A stretch of 64,000 nucleotides of DNA from Chrysomallon squamiferum (GCA_012295275.1 CM022670.1:41602001-41666000), one strand, 5' to 3'. Shown: positions 1-15,811, numbered from the stretch's first letter. The notes: a model not told the origin generated them from the sequence alone. Translations and numbers: made by a program.

Positions 1-40
1 AGCAGTATGTTTAATATTTAGAATCAAAGTGAAATCTCAC

Positions 41-127
41 TCTTCTTGACATCATCCAGTCCTCAAAGAATTCTGGCTGGTTAAAGTAATAAAAGAGTCC
101 CACTGGCAAAGCCATGTACACACCCAT
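41..127 (-). CDS. PET100: PET100 coding exon 2 (MGVYMALPVGLFYYFNQPEFFEDWMMSRR); gene continues beyond the window start
   Basis: Bounded by a tttcag| acceptor and a |GTGAG donor. The 87 nt translate to the PET100 signature YxxxPVxxFxxxNQPExFExW. Confidence 0.9.
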
Positions 128-1968
128 CTGAAACAGAATTACTTGTGATCATCATACACCAACACGTGATGTTTTAAATAACAAAGCAAAATAAACAAGA
201 CCAACAAGATTCTTATCTCAACATATAGTTAATGGAGAATCATATTTTATTCAAACCAAATCTGATGTAAATTTATGAACTATGTAGAATTACAATGTAT
301 ATGACTAAACTTAAAGAGCAACAATCAAGGTACATTTGGGTTTTTTTCTCTGTGAATGGAAACAGTATTCATATTGCTATATTCAACAATAATTTTTAAA
401 AAACAACAACAAAAAAATCCTTCTCAACATATAACATCTGGTTTGTCTCAGTAAAAATATCTAGCTCAGCTTGACAGCCGTTTGTGATGACACACAAGGA
501 TTATGTACACTTAGTCTGCAGGCAATTCCTTGAAAATGTTTCATTTGTTTTAGTCTGTCAGACATATCTTATTTGTCTGTGTATCAGATTACTTACTTGT
601 TGCTTGTAAGTGGTGGTATTGCTTTCAGTTACCATGCCTAAGAACTTTGCTGTGAACATATTTGATGTTACGTAACAGTTTGTTACCTTGGTGATGATTT
701 TTCAGTGTGAGACAAAAGCTAGTATGAACTATTGTGAATGTAATAAAAACCATCTGTCAGATGACAAAATTGTGTAAGCTTGACATACATTATAAATGTC
801 ATACATGGATACCAAGTTACAGTTAAAAAACATTTTCCTTGATGGTTGCTCTTTTACCGTCGGAGAAATTGATTACTGTAAACTCAGGAGGTAATTGCTC
901 AGCATATATCAGGAACATCTTATTAATCCAAGAATAAAAAAATCCCAAAACAGTGAAAATACAATTCACCAATAATTTTGCGAATAAAACACAATGAAGT
1001 GTTTGGGGGTCATTTTCAAAAGTATGAAATTTGTGGTGTTTAAAAAAAAGAAGAAAAGAAATGAAAAGAAATAGGCTGCTTTAAGAAAACAAAAATGAGC
1101 ATTATATCTGACAACAATTTTCATTCAATATGCACTTAAAGAAATGAATAATTCTGTGTTTAAAGATACTATGTAATCAAGCATTAGTCACTTTAGTGTT
1201 CAGACAGGAATGTAACATTTTCAGTGTGTGTATCTGAAGAAATATGCACGATCTTCATATTTCTCAACTACTAACCAGATTCTACTCTAGTAATTACACA
1301 AAATGGAGTGTGATGCAATGGACACAAAACATTTCTTTACAAAAAATAAACATGTATGTTTAAATGCATAATAAACCATGATAAAACTATCAGTTCAGAA
1401 AATAATGTTTAATTTTTTTTATAATTTAGTTAAATTCAGCAAAAATAGAAAAATTAACAAAAATGATGAAATAGATTTACTCAATAACTTTCTTGAAAGA
1501 CAAAGATGATATATCTTGAATAAAGTACTGCAGATAACAACTATCAAAATATACTGATTATACTGTAATGCATGACCGATGCACTTACATTTTCATCAGC
1601 TAGTTGAAATAAAATAAAGTAACATTTTGAAACTTTGTTCTAGTGTCAAAAAGAAAATGATCGTATTACGCAACATGTGGCTGCAATAATATTTGTCAAA
1701 AAATAAAAAGCAGTGAATTAATCCTGTACTAAAATTGTGAATTTATAATGGAAATTGTGTTATATTTGTTATCAACGTCGTTTTAATCCAGTTTTGTCCA
1801 AACTGTTTATTGTTAACGAAAATCACAACGTTCTCAACTGAGAATGGAGGTCCTGGAAACCTGAAATCAACAGACATACTGAACATAATATGCATCTGAC
1901 TTCAAAACAGCAATGACATTAGCTAATTTTAAATATGCATTTAAAACAACATCACTACAATAACATAC

Positions 1969-1998
1969 TTTAAAGACTTCGAGCTTCCAGCCTCCCAT
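1969..1998 (-). CDS. PET100: PET100 cytochrome c oxidase assembly factor, coding exon 1 (MGGWKLEVFK)
   Basis: Reverse complement reads ATG GGA GGC TGG AAG CTC GAA GTC TTT AAA|GTATGT. This matches the invertebrate PET100 N-terminus MGxWKLEVxK. The phase-0 donor joins exon 2 in frame. Confidence 0.88.
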
Positions 1999-3378
1999 CT
2001 TCGTATATTTTTACAAGAAAATACGAGTATATATCAAAACAACCTTAACAAACTTTACACAGATGCCCCAGTGTTTTGTTCCGCTTCAGCACCACCACGA
2101 AATTAATGGAGGTTAGATTGGGACTCATTTTCAGTCCTTTATACAGGGGAGAGAATTATAATTTTCGATCACAAACATCACGTTTCGCAAATATTCTTCA
2201 GAGAAAACCTGCAAAGACTGAGTCATCTGTATTTGTAATAAGTAAAAAAATAATCCTCATTTTTGTTGGACAGCTGTGCTTTCATTGCTACGAAAAAACA
2301 AAACAAAAACAAGCCATGATTTAATTCAAGAAAAGTTATAGTTCGATGTATTTTTGTTATTAGCGTTAGGTTAAAAGCTTTTTTGTATGTATGTATGCAG
2401 GGCAGCAGTTTTGAAAAAAAAAAAAAAAAAATTCAATTTTACTGAGGGTCGTTTTTCATCCTCGTTTATTTCATTCAGGGACAAATAATCGGGTAGATTC
2501 AGTCTGACAGACACAAACAAAATGAGTGAGTGAAAATCGCGTATACATGAAACTTTCAGGACGTAATTATGTTCGAGTGTTTTTATAAGCCTTGAGTTTT
2601 TCTGTAGAATCACACGTATACGAAACCTTCAGTTTGCAACGGAAACCAAACTGAGGGCGGTAACTCTAGAGATCGTATAGGATGTTGAATATAAATATTT
2701 TAAAAATATTGCAGTTCTGCTGTCAGTGAATGTTTTTATCGAAAGATAAGACTCTAAACATGTCATATTTTGTCAGAAAACACATTTTGAATGGAGTGAC
2801 ATCAAACGGCCAAACCAATGATTTTGGCTGCCGTGTCTGCCTTTAAGGTGCTTCTGCTTTAGGAACTTGACAGGAAGAAAGGTCTGGGAACATTTGTTAA
2901 GTTTTGTATCATCAATCTGATCCCGTTAAACTGCCCAAATTGTAAATTGCAGAATTATTTTTCCCTTAGAGCGCCAGAATGAAACCTTGCCGAGGGCGCC
3001 ATATAGTCTGGCGCCGGGCCTGTATGTATGTCTGTGTATCTGTCTGTCTGTATGTGTAGAGTATGGATGGACGGATTTACCTATTGATGTATATGTGTGG
3101 TCGTTCACGTTTGTAATCGGACGAGTGTGTAAATTTGTGTGTAGAAATACAGGCTGATGTTTGAATGTGCCTGCAGATGAACGCTAGTTCACGTGTTTCT
3201 GTAAAGGGGTCCGTTAGTTTGTGTATGTTTTTGTACTTACGTACTTATTTATGTTTGTGTAATATATATATATTTTTAATTGTTTTTATTATTATTATTA
3301 TTATATTATGCAATATATATGCATTTAAATTATAGAGTGGTTATTTGAAAGCGTGAGCTTGTTTATCTTTACTATAAA

Positions 3379-3521
<143 letters not shown>

Positions 3522-3916
3522 GATAACACGTCTGTTATACGGTCCTGAATGAAAACACGATTCGTGGGAACACATTTCCTTTAATTACGCAGGTCGGCGA
3601 TGGACGCTTTTAACGTAACAAGGTCAGCAAATATAGAAATGACCGACATCCGAGTGTGATTCAGTGTGTTAGTGGAGAGTCATCAAAGGGAGGAAACCGA
3701 GGATGACTCAGATACAAGAGTAGTATGTCCACGTGACTCGTGATTCCGGACAAATGGCGTTGTTTTAAATAGACTGCCTGTCTGTTCGTATGTCTGACAT
3801 TCTCAATGTTCGTTTTCAAGTTTTAGTGTTCGCTTCCTTTCCTTTCCTGTGTCTGTTTCCAAATAAGGTTAAAAACAATTTTATTTTCCATAAATTAATT
3901 TCACCATTATTTATTT

Positions 3917-3981
<65 letters not shown>

Positions 3982-6617
3982 ATGTGCGCATTTGTGCGCC
4001 TGTATTTATATACATATATATACAACAATTTGAAAACCATCTCTCGTTTATATAGAACAGTGGAATTGCTGAAAGTGAATCTAAGATTACAGTTTTGTAG
4101 TGTATATTATATCTTCAGCCTCTGTGAAGTAAATGAAGTTATTTCTAGCATTAATCACAACACCATGACGTTAACAGTGTTTTCAACTTTTATACTGTTG
4201 TTGCTTGTGTTTTTTCCACGACCATTAACACTCTTTTAAAACACGGATAAATAAACAAAGGGACTAGAAACGAAGGAAAGATAATATTTATCGCTTCCCC
4301 ACTCCTTCTTCGTCCAGCTGTTTTTGTAATACAGTTATAAACTGACAGGTAAAAGTTTGAAAAGATGAACCTATGTGTAGAGTAAGGCACTGGTGAATCT
4401 GTTATAGCTTAAAATTAAAACAGTGTATTATGTCGCAGGATCAGATGTTATTTTTGAGATAATTAGGATATATGCTGTTCCAACTAGTCCTCAAAAGACG
4501 TGTACTTTCTTTCTTTCTGTGGGAAGGTACCACTAGAAGAACCTGTGTTGCAAATGGAGAAGGAAAAAAAAAAAAAAAAAAAAAATAAAAATAAAATAAA
4601 ACAAAAAAAAAATAAAAATAAAGAAAATAGAAAGCAAGCGATTTCATTTGAAGACCAGTTTAGTAATACTAAAAGTATCGGAGAGCGGATTATGTACAAT
4701 TAATTGATAGAATTTAGAGGTACTGGACATCGTAAATTACGATATCAAAACTCGTGAAGTGCTCGGTAAAAGGAGTCGGTGACATGTCGACCGGTTCTAC
4801 ACGCACACACAACGAAAATCAGTTTTTAATTCCAAAGAAGCGTATCAATCAAGGGACAAAGATATCGCTTTAGTTAAATTTCACCAAAATTAGTTTCTCT
4901 TTACAAGCTATGTTTTGATTAAATTTGTCATCGGAGAGAGCTTAGCGGGTTGGTTAAACAAATCTGTAGTCAGGTGTTTGGAAGCTTGGCACGCGCGGAT
5001 AAACAGAAATAGCTGGCCAAGGCTAAGTCGTGTTTAAACTTTGAAACGTGAGACGTGAAACGCTCGTGTACGAGACACATTTTGTCAAGTGTTTGGTGTG
5101 AAAGCTGATCTCAGCAGATTAATACAGACACAGATTTAAAATGTTTTTTTAAAATAAAAAACTGAAATGTTGTTCAAGTGGCTGAAATCGTGTACAGTAG
5201 AGACGTTGTAAACAGACATCGTTGTAAACTGAATATCGTCGACTGCTTTGATGACGACCTGTCGTGCATATTACATACAACGTCTTTATTGAGACATCAG
5301 CGTTGATAAATTAAATCTCAGCAAAATGTCGAGTACAATTGCTTGTAAACTCTAAGATTATACATTTTTTTTCTTTACAACAGTTACATTGTAAAAATTC
5401 AGTAAATCTGAATGCTAAGTACAAACATGAGGCCAGTGTTTTACAACTACTTTTTCTTGTTTACCATGTAATAATCTTCTAGTAACGTCTGTATTCAGAT
5501 AGATGAAAAAACTATCACAGAATCTCGTTAATTATTTTTTTCTTGAGGAAGTGGTTATTAGCCCTCCATAATATTTTCTGTTTCTCACGTGGCCCCATGG
5601 AAAGTATAATTGCCCACCTCTGTCTTACGGTCATAACATCCTCAGTCTTCGATGATTATTAACACAGTATGCTACGCAATCTGATTATGTTACGTCACTG
5701 CATTATGACGTTGCTGTTTTTAAATAACTACTAGGGATATACTACCAGTTTTGTAAGGTTAGTTTCTTTTGTTATAGGATTTTATTATAATATAACAGGA
5801 CAAACTGTTTCAGTGACTTTCTCTTTCTCTCTCTCAACACATAAAAGTCTAGTCTCATAAAGGTAATTATATACTAAACACAAGGTAGTTTGAAATTAAC
5901 TTATATTTACTTATGACCTCGATCAAGGAGTCAGAGTCTCTGCACACAACATGTTTTGTTATTCAATCTTTTGACTTTTAATTTTTTTAAAGTCTTAACA
6001 TCTAGTGTAGATTTCTGTATCTGTCTCGGTAGATTTCTTATAACCATCATCATTTAAAAGTCGAATCAGCTAAAACAGGGTAAGATATCCGTGGAAACAC
6101 GTTTTTAACCAAACTTTCGCGAATACTGTTGTAACAACGTCATCATAATACTCTAGAATAATTATTACTACACTCTAAATACATAGTTTGAAATATGCTT
6201 ACATCTGTTAAGACATTCGACGACGGAGACAACAACGTTGTGAATGACTTCGTTCTGTTAAAACCGGTCAAACTACGACTCGACAGTGGAAAGAGGATTA
6301 GAATTACCTCTGAGAGCTCGGGTACATTAGAACGGCGGATAGTTGTTTCTCGAAACTATTAATTTTATTTAATCCTCAATTTATTCGAGAAACGGATAAT
6401 TAAGACGTGGTCGACGTTGGAGAGCGTGCCGCGGCATCCCAGACGCAGCCGAGTTGGGTAAAGAGAGATTTACAGGTGTGACAAGAACACCTGAACCGAC
6501 CTCTTGTCAAGTGGCGCTTTATTTTAACACCTTTAATTCGTTCTCGTTATTGTAGACGTAAAGTAATCTTATAAATGAGGGTTAAATAACAGACGACTTA
6601 AAAATAAAAACACTATA

Positions 6618-6648
<31 letters not shown>

Positions 6649-6929
6649 CAACAAAAAAAAAAACCAAAAAAAATAGTGGTTTTTCTTTGATATGAACTGA
6701 AGTAAGTAGAGAGACACGTAGAATAGGTCTGTAGATATAGTATGACAGATTTAAAGCTAAGAATGAAAAATAATATATATTTTTTACTTTGTAAGTGTCT
6801 GGCTTATTTATATAATGCATACATATACACTGGTACATATATATGTATGTATTTATACACTGTATGTATTTTAGGATTTGAATATTCTCTGTCTTATGTA
6901 CGTCTGATTAGACTCTGCACATAGAAAAC

Positions 6930-7077
6930 TATTCGGGAATGCACAGGTGCAGGATGACAAAGTCCAGTCACGATATCACAAACACTGTCAGATGCCGCTG
7001 ACAGGATTCGAACGTACGACACCTAGTCCCCCCCCGCACTCAGAGGGCAGACGACTTTACCGTTCGGCCTTCAAGAC
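6930..7077 (-). mobile_element. tRNA-derived SINE head or tRNA pseudogene (Leu/Ser-like) plus body
   Basis: Minus strand has an A-box-like GGCCGAACGGTAAAG and a B box GGTTCGAATCC-like motif, but the stems do not pair well. The body sequence GACTGGACTTTGTC.TCCTGC recurs at 15955. Confidence 0.65.
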
Positions 7078-7090
7078 AATCTATGTACAA

Positions 7091-7121
<31 letters not shown>

Positions 7122-8749
7122 TGTATGTATGTATGTATGTATGTATGTATGTATGTATGTATGTATGTATGTATGTATGTATGTATGTATGTATGTGTTT
7201 GGATGGATGGATGGATGTATGTTTTTGAACGAATGTGTTTAAAAATAATCAATTTTTGGAACGAAAAACTAAAAATAAACAAACAAACAAACAAACAAAA
7301 AAAAAAAAAAAAAAAAAAAAAAATAAAAAATGAAATAAAAATAAAATAAAATAAAAATAAAAAGTAAAAAAAAGAGAAAAAAAAGGAAAAAAAAATCTGA
7401 AAATTAACGATTTCATTTAGATACCATTTCAGTAGTTGACATTTTAACCGTTGACATTTTTTTTCACCTGTGACATTTTGTCTGATGACATTTCCATTAA
7501 AGACAATTTTGTCTTAAAACTGTTTTCATAATATCTGGCTTCTGAATTTTCTGTGTCCCAGACAAAAGGTAGTTTTTGAAGGATGTAAGCATGTTTAAAT
7601 TAATTAATTCTTTTAAAAGACAGGACAAAAAGAAAACTGATAGACATTTGAGACAAATCAAGCTGTTTTTTTAGACTGTCATTTTAATTCCTAGAAAATG
7701 AAAACGACGAAGATAAAAACGTAGCTGGCTGTATTTTGGTAAAATGTTGGTATTGTTATCAGATTTCGTTTCGTTCTGTGGACGAGACTTCTGAAGCGGA
7801 CAAAGAAGAAGTAAACGTGGAAACAAACTGGTAAAATATTTCCATTACTTTGATATTATTAATGAAAATAGATTTAATAATTTTGTGTGGACGAAAGACA
7901 CGTGGGACGAGTTTGTCTTGTGTTTGTTTTCTCCAGTCACCTTGGTGCACGATGCAACTCAGTGTTAGACTGCACATGTGTATGATCTGCGCGCTCATAC
8001 AGGAACATGTGTGGTGTGTACATTAACATCCACGTGTAGCAGTCAATGCTGGGAAAGTGTCGAGGCGTCCCCTGTCAAGTGCTTCCATCTGCATCTCCGC
8101 GTTTCAGCGCGTGAGAATTCGCGCCTTTTAACACTTGTCGCTCGATACGAGATTTCGGCGTTGGCGAACACAGGTTTGAAGACAGTGACCGCCCTTGGTA
8201 GCGAGATTTTCATGTCCCTTTGCAGGAATGACTGTTAACAGGTTATGTTTTAAATATTATACACACGTTAAGACACTGTATGTGTGTGTGTCCGTGTGAC
8301 ATACACACACACATACACACTTACTACATACGTATACAGAAAGATGAAATAACGACAAAAACACAACACTATAATATCAACGATGTTGATGACGAAGTTT
8401 TGCAGCACTCACGAGGTGAAAAACAAAACAAAACAAAAAATCAAACTAACAGACTCTCATAAAGTTTTGAAAATAAAATGTTTAAGAAATAGAAATATTC
8501 TGAAATAACGACCACTGAAACACGATTTTAAGCTGTCATTGAGTCGTTGAAAGTCAGTGATTGTTTTAGTTTAATCTGAAACACGTCTGTAAATTAGTGA
8601 TCACGGTACTTCTGTGTTCACCACGCCGTACCTGACAGCACGTACCATTATCTTTTCTACAGTTCAAACACAGGTATCTGCAACAACAACAAAAAGGAAC
8701 GATTTGGTTTGATACGTCACAGGATGAATTCATCGCGATGCTGTACATC

Positions 8750-8925
8750 GTGCTCCTGTTCTGGCTTGTACAACTTATTGGTGTCTGTTTTCCGAGTTAG
8801 GGGAAGGTGCATATAAAAAGTCACTTGTTGCTGGTTTAGCGGTTTGTTATGTCTGACATCCAGTAAAATCATTAACACAACAAAAATGGGCTAAACAAAT
8901 ATTAATGGAATTATTCATTCATTCT
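8750..8925 (+). mobile_element. Degenerate mollusc MESC/Meta-type SINE remnant
   Basis: GGGAAGGTGCATATAAAAAGTCACTTGTTGCT resembles a SINE core (GGGATGGTGCATATAAAAGATCCCTTGCTGCT) recalled from memory; ends in an (ATTC)n tail. Confidence 0.5.
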
Positions 8926-9620
8926 CGAAATATGGATACCAGTATATTTTATTGCAGCAGTTCAGATTTACGTGTATTGTGTGTTACCTATAACAACACA
9001 GCAGCTTTAAAAGTTAATGTTTAATAAATAATTAAGAAAAATGTTTTACATCCAAATTTCAGTTTTAGTTTCAATATGAGACAAAACACAACTGAACCAC
9101 ATTTCTACAGGTATTTATATACTTTGTATCAGGTGTAACTCGTTGTATCTATAAACTCACCTGACAGTACATTCAACATGAAATACTCGTGTAAGGAAAA
9201 TGAACAGAGCTTTCATAAAACAATGGACGTTGGATGACTGTGTAAAATATTTTTGAAAAACTTTAGTTTTTATTTTATGGTTTTAGGGATAATAATATTT
9301 GAGAAGCTAGAACTATTGGAGGTTTGTAGATTTTTAGGACGTGTGGGAATCAGGGAACATTTTTCTTTAATGTTTCCAAAATGTCAGTGTCACATCGCGA
9401 ATGAACCTCTTAAAATGATATGCGACTTTTATTAATCTGCAGCAGCAAACTTGAAACTGGAAAGTCACGCGCCTTTGATGTGTGAGTGCTGAACGGAAGG
9501 TCGTGTTTAACAAGATAATATTTAAACTTTTCACTTTTCTCTCTGATCATTTTATAACTCGAACAGAATTTCTCGAGTTTTCCTGAAATGACAAAGTCTA
9601 TCATGAAACACCCATTCAAA

Positions 9621-9728
<108 letters not shown>

Positions 9729-10693
9729 CACCTGCAGAACATACATCTTCACAAACACACACACACTAACAGAGAGACACATACACACTGTCGGCCTCTC
9801 GGTTGTTTATATTGTATTTCATAATGTTCCAGTTTTAACTGCGTTGCGAGTGTTGCCTGTCACATCAGCCAGTTCCAGCTGGTACTAGTCTCGATCTGCG
9901 ACTTGGGAATTCGCGACAGACGAGACTTGTGAAACGTAACTAAACTTTATCGTGACAAAGTTAAAAAGTCTCTTTATCCTCGATTACTCCTACCTGCGAA
10001 ATACAGACATAACTGTTTCTGTTTCCTACGTCAGACGCAGTCTCGAGGTCAAAGGTCACCACGTGACACTACTTTCTGCTGCCTCACATCTGATTATACT
10101 TTACACGCGGGAAATGGAACTTTTTTTCATTAATCCAAATTAGAACTGAACTGGGCGGGGTGCTGCGCGTGAACACCGTTACCATTGACAACTGTTTTTA
10201 TAAGCAAGGTTTGAAACAAGTCTGTAAGCTTTTTGGTAACACCTTGAATAAATGGTGAGACAATTTTTAAAAGGTGATTTTTATTTTTTTTTTTTATTTA
10301 TTTTTTTTTTTACTGTTTTTATTTTTATTTTTTTTTCCAGTACGTCTTGTAAAAACAGAAGTAAGCGAACGACTTTCCAGTGTTTATTGGTTCCGCGTGT
10401 TTCTTAACCTACTCCCGTCCGGTCCCAGGTGATGAAGACGTCATGCACAACGCAGGGAACGGCTAAAAATAACAGCAAGTTTGTAGGTAAAACACAAACT
10501 GCACCACTGAATAAACAGGAATTATTCTTTTACAAGCAAATCACTTCGTTTTCGTGCTGGTGGAGGGGGTTTCCGGTAGGGCGGAGGTGTCGCACGTTCA
10601 TTTGGTAATGTTTTGATAAACCACACATTAAAAGTTCATTGGTTTTAATTTAGTAATTTTATATATTTTTAAAAATTAATAATGATGATGACG

Positions 10694-10748
<55 letters not shown>

Positions 10749-12634
10749 AGATGATAAAAATATATTTTATACGTAGTAATTAACATTGCATGAATAGTAA
10801 TATAATACAGCAGTAGTAGAGAATATTTTATTGATAGTAATAACAAAGTAGCAGCAATAAACATAATAATAATAGTAATAGTAGTGCTACTGCTGCTGCT
10901 GGAAGCAAATAACAACAAAAGACAAAAATCTGAAAATAAAAACACTAAATCTAGTAACAAACAGGAAAAATAAAATAACAACACCCTGAAATAAATAAAT
11001 AAATAAATAAATAAATAAAAATGACAGTAAAAAGTAAATAAAATGTTTAGAATTGAAAGAAAGAATGAAAAAAATCAGACAAAACAAGAAAAAAAAAAGT
11101 AGAAAAAATAACATAACAATAACAAAGTAGAAAGTCTTGTTTTGTGTCCACATTAGCAGAATATCGCAGAAAGTTAATTAAATGCCTCAATCAGTTATTT
11201 ATCTCACTGTATGTAAAGCTGATTTACTGGTATTAAATTTAATGGAGATGATGATAGTAAATACATTTAAAAACAGAAAGAAAAAGGATGAGAAAAGGCC
11301 CTAAAAAAACCCCATAAACAACAAAACAACAAAACAACCCCCTCAAAAAAATTAAAACAAAATCAAAAATTTAAAATAAAAAAGCGTCAAAATTAATAAA
11401 TTCATAAATAGATAATAAAAATTATAATCGATAACAGAAACAACAAAAGCAGACACAATGTTTTAAATGTCAGCTAACATAACAAATGACAAATATTCAT
11501 TTCGTCATAACCTGTTTGTCCACGAGCTGTATTTATTTTTAACATTAAAACTAAAATAAAAAACCCAGTCTTCCTGAGAAAAAAACACCCTGCTCACGCA
11601 CACACACGCACACACACACACACACTCACACACGCACACATTAATAAAAGCAATGAGGTTTTCATAAACACAGTGACAGTAAAAAATAAGTAAGTTAACT
11701 ACGAGTATATTACAAAACAGATCCCTCTTTAGTGTCCTCCCCCCTCTCTTACAACTCCCCCCACACACCCTCCCGTCTCCGGATGAGCAGAGAGAGACAC
11801 AGGCAGATGTTTCCGTGTTCGCAGCGACGTGAGTACAACACCCACGCTGTCGTCGTGTTTTAATCTCAGACGAGTAGAACCACGAATTTTTTAAACACAT
11901 TTTATGTTAATAATATATGAGGAAGTAGGCTGTACAAACATATAAACAAACACACACACACACCTCACGTAACATATGTATGCACATATACATTCATATA
12001 TACACACATACATAGTCATCTCATACATATATATATATATATATATTCATACATACACATATAAATATATATATATATAGATACATACACACATACATAC
12101 ACACATATAGAAAAACCATATAAATAATTGTCCATACCATTTAAAACTGTACAATATACTTATGTTACAACAACAGCAGCAACAACAAAAACACGTGATA
12201 TCTATATCAAATTAAGTAGTTTTAAATAAACTTTTTACTAAAATTAAAATTAACTGCAAAAACTCGAATGATAAGAGCTTCTTTCAGTCTAAAATTTTAT
12301 TTATGTATTTCTTAAACCAGTGAGATAAATTAATTTTGAAACGTAAATATAAATATATCATATAACAAAATTTGTCATGATGTGAAGTGTTGCTGTATTT
12401 GACAGATTCGACTGGTAAAGCGAGAAGATACGAATTATTCTATTATTACACGGATCTCTTCACACATCGGAAACAGTCCCAGATTAAATGTGTGTGTAAA
12501 TATGTTAGGTGATTAATTTAGCTTCATGCTAGTAAATTATGTCGTACGACAGAATTACACAGCGACCATTTAGGTTAGTTCTAAAACGAACAGACAGAAG
12601 GATCAAATCTCTACAAAGCGACCAATTTTCAATG

Positions 12635-12840
12635 TTCAGTTCCTGCACGGATCTCACAACTGTTTTTAAGTCCATGGTGCGTGCTGTCATGTCTGTAGAC
12701 TATAAAAAAATATAAAAAATCCCTTGTTGCTAGTTTATATCAGCTGTCCAAAGAGTAGTTCTGTGTTTATCAGACGGTTAATAAATTAATAGAAATGTTT
12801 GATGTAAACCGCTTTGATGTGATTAATGAAACATTCACTG
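12635..12840 (+). mobile_element. Degenerate MESC/Meta-type SINE remnant
   Basis: CCATGGTGCGTGCTGTCATGTCTGT...ATATAAAAAATCCCTTGTTGCTA is similar to the 8750 copy. Confidence 0.5.
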
Positions 12841-14108
12841 ATTTACTGTTGTGTGTGTTGGAGTAGAAGTAGTTCTGAACGTACACTGAGGCAAATTTCA
12901 CTGAATTATTGTTTTTTGTTTGTTTATTTGTTTATTTATTTATTTATTTGTTGTTGTTGTTGTTGTTTGTGCTGTTATTATTATTATTATTATTATTGTT
13001 ATTGTTGTTATTATTATTATTATTATTACAAGTGCAGTGCCTACGTCTATTTCTGCTCATTAGTTCAATTATTTGTATTAATATTGTAACTACCAGTACT
13101 ACTTTTTAAGTAATATTATAAGTAATATCTAGAGTATATAATAACATAAAGAGTTATACAAGGAGTTAACATCTATGAAAAATATCTACTACCACTGCTA
13201 CTATTACTACTACAACTACTACAAATACAACAATAATTACAACAACAGTTCCCACAACAACTATTACTACTGCAACGACTACTACTAATTAAATACATCT
13301 ACAGTCAATACTCCTACTTCTCCTTCTCCTCCCCTCTTCCTCCTCTTCCTACTCCTACTACTTCTACTACAACTACTACTACTACTACTGCTGTCATTCT
13401 TACTGCAGTTGCTGCTTCTTTACAATTTTTACATCGCTACAACATCTACGGCTGAAGTGTAACGTATTGAACACACGTATTAACTACTACTGCTACTACT
13501 GCTACTACTACAACAGCCGTAACAACAATTACCACTACTACTACTACTACTACGACAACTATAACAAAAACAACAGCAAATACTACTACGACAACGACAA
13601 CTATAACAATAACAACTACTACTATTATTATTAATACGACCATTATAAGAACAACTATTACTACTACTACTACTACTCTACTACTATTACTGCTACTACG
13701 AAACTATAACAAGAACAGCAGCAGCAACAACAACAACAACAATTACTACTACTGCTGGTGCTGCTGCTGCTGTCACTCTAGTGTAACTACTACTACCATT
13801 ACTACTGCTTCCAGCACTATTAACAACACTATTCTAGCATCAACTACAACAACTTTTGCTGACATGCAAACAACAGTTGTCACGTTAATTTACTGGACAT
13901 TCACAGTTTGCTTATCACTCGTTTGTTGATTAAAACTGAAAACTAAACACAATTTAAATAATAGCTCGCTGGTGCATATTTCAAATATCTGTACCAGTTA
14001 GAATCAGACCACTGACCACTGTCCACTATCCACTGACCAACATATCAAACAGGTGCTGGTCTCCGCTGAACACCGTGTGATAAAACTCAGTGGCCAGTTT
14101 GGCAGTAG

Positions 14109-14146
<38 letters not shown>

Positions 14147-15685
14147 TGATGATAATAATACTGATAATAATAATAATAATAATAATAACTGAAAAAAACC
14201 AACCTGGAATAAAGTAATAAAAATGATAATAAAATATGTATACATATACATTCAAATACTTATATAGTATAATATAGTGTGTGTGTGGGGGGTGGGTGGG
14301 GTTATGGGGGTGGACGGGTGTGTATTTAAAAGTTGTCATATTATATTATAATTGTTATATTATATTATAATTATTATATTATATTATATTATATTGTATT
14401 ATATCGTTTTGTTTTATAATTTATTGTACTGAATTTCATTTGATTTACTTTCATATATTTTTATTCAGAAAAACGCTGACTGAAATTACCGAAATGAGTA
14501 CGACTGTTCTTTGATTAGAGATATCTGCTGATTATCTCTATACTGACATATTTACAGTATTATGTCATAACGAGGCTACTAAGTCAGTGACTCACTGCTA
14601 AAAGTCACGTGGCAAATGGACATTCAGAATTAAATGAAAATTAGTCAACTATTATAAAACATGCCTATCTAGAAATACAGCACGTTTGTCTTGTAGACAC
14701 CAGAATGTAGTAGTTGTTGAGTTGTAGAAGTAGTAGTAGTAGTAGTAGTAATAGTAGTAATAGTAGTACTAATAGTAGTAGTAGTGGTGTTAATAGTAGT
14801 AATGGTACTAGTAGGTGTTGTGGTAGCAGTAGTGGTAACAGTAGTAGTGGTAGTAGTAGCATAAATAGTAGTAGTCGTAGTAGTAGTATTAGTAACAGTA
14901 GTGATAACAGTAGTGGTAGTAGTAGTTGTGGTTGGTGTAGTAGTAATGGTACTGGGAGTGGTAGAAGTAGTATTGTAGTGGTAGCAGTAGTAGTTGTAGT
15001 GGTGGTGGTAGGTCTAGCAGTAGCAGTAACTGTTAACAAACTGTATTAAACAGAATCAGACGTATTCCTGAGCGATTCAAATCCTCACAGGACTCGATCT
15101 CGGTACCGTGTGGCTTGCAGTTGGCCTCGCTCTGGTTATTTACAGCGCTGGCCTCGTGCCAAGCCCATGCGGCGCGTGCAGTTATTACTTGAACACGAGA
15201 GAGAGTTTTCTCCAGACCCCAGCACCAAACCAATTAGCTAGAACAACTCACACACACCGCGCTGTCTTCGTCAACAGGTTAGAGTCACTAACGCTATTGA
15301 ATTACTACCACATGGAACACGAAACACACAGAAATAACCAGACCCCATTTCTCAGCGAGTGGTTCTCATCTGACGCGAACTCACGACTGAAAGGCGGCCA
15401 GGGTTTGGCGACGCGTTCTGTGTGTGACGAGTTGTGATTGAAACCAGACGTGACTTTCCACTGTGTAAATATAAATAAAACACAGAGGCTGCATCGCTTC
15501 TGTGAGTAACTGAAAAAGTCTGAAAATGAAATGTAGACGGGATAATATTACATTAAATGTTATATAGTACTTTTTTTGTTGAGATTATGTATATATACAT
15601 ATACATATATGTGTATGTATATAGATAGATATACCCTCATATACTCACACATACACATATTCACATTCACAAATTCACATTCACA

Positions 15686-15740
<55 letters not shown>

Positions 15741-15811
15741 AACAAAAACACGAATTCTTTTGTGTTACATTTTGTTATAAAATACTATGTATACATACAT
15801 ACATACATATC

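Noticed and set aside
2076-2324. 82-aa ORF divergent from PET100
   Set aside because: It starts with TTG, has no recognisable motif and lies in promoter or repeat-like sequence.
6993-7077. Functional tRNA gene
   Set aside because: The acceptor and anticodon stems do not pair and it continues into a repeated body, so it is treated as a SINE or pseudogene.
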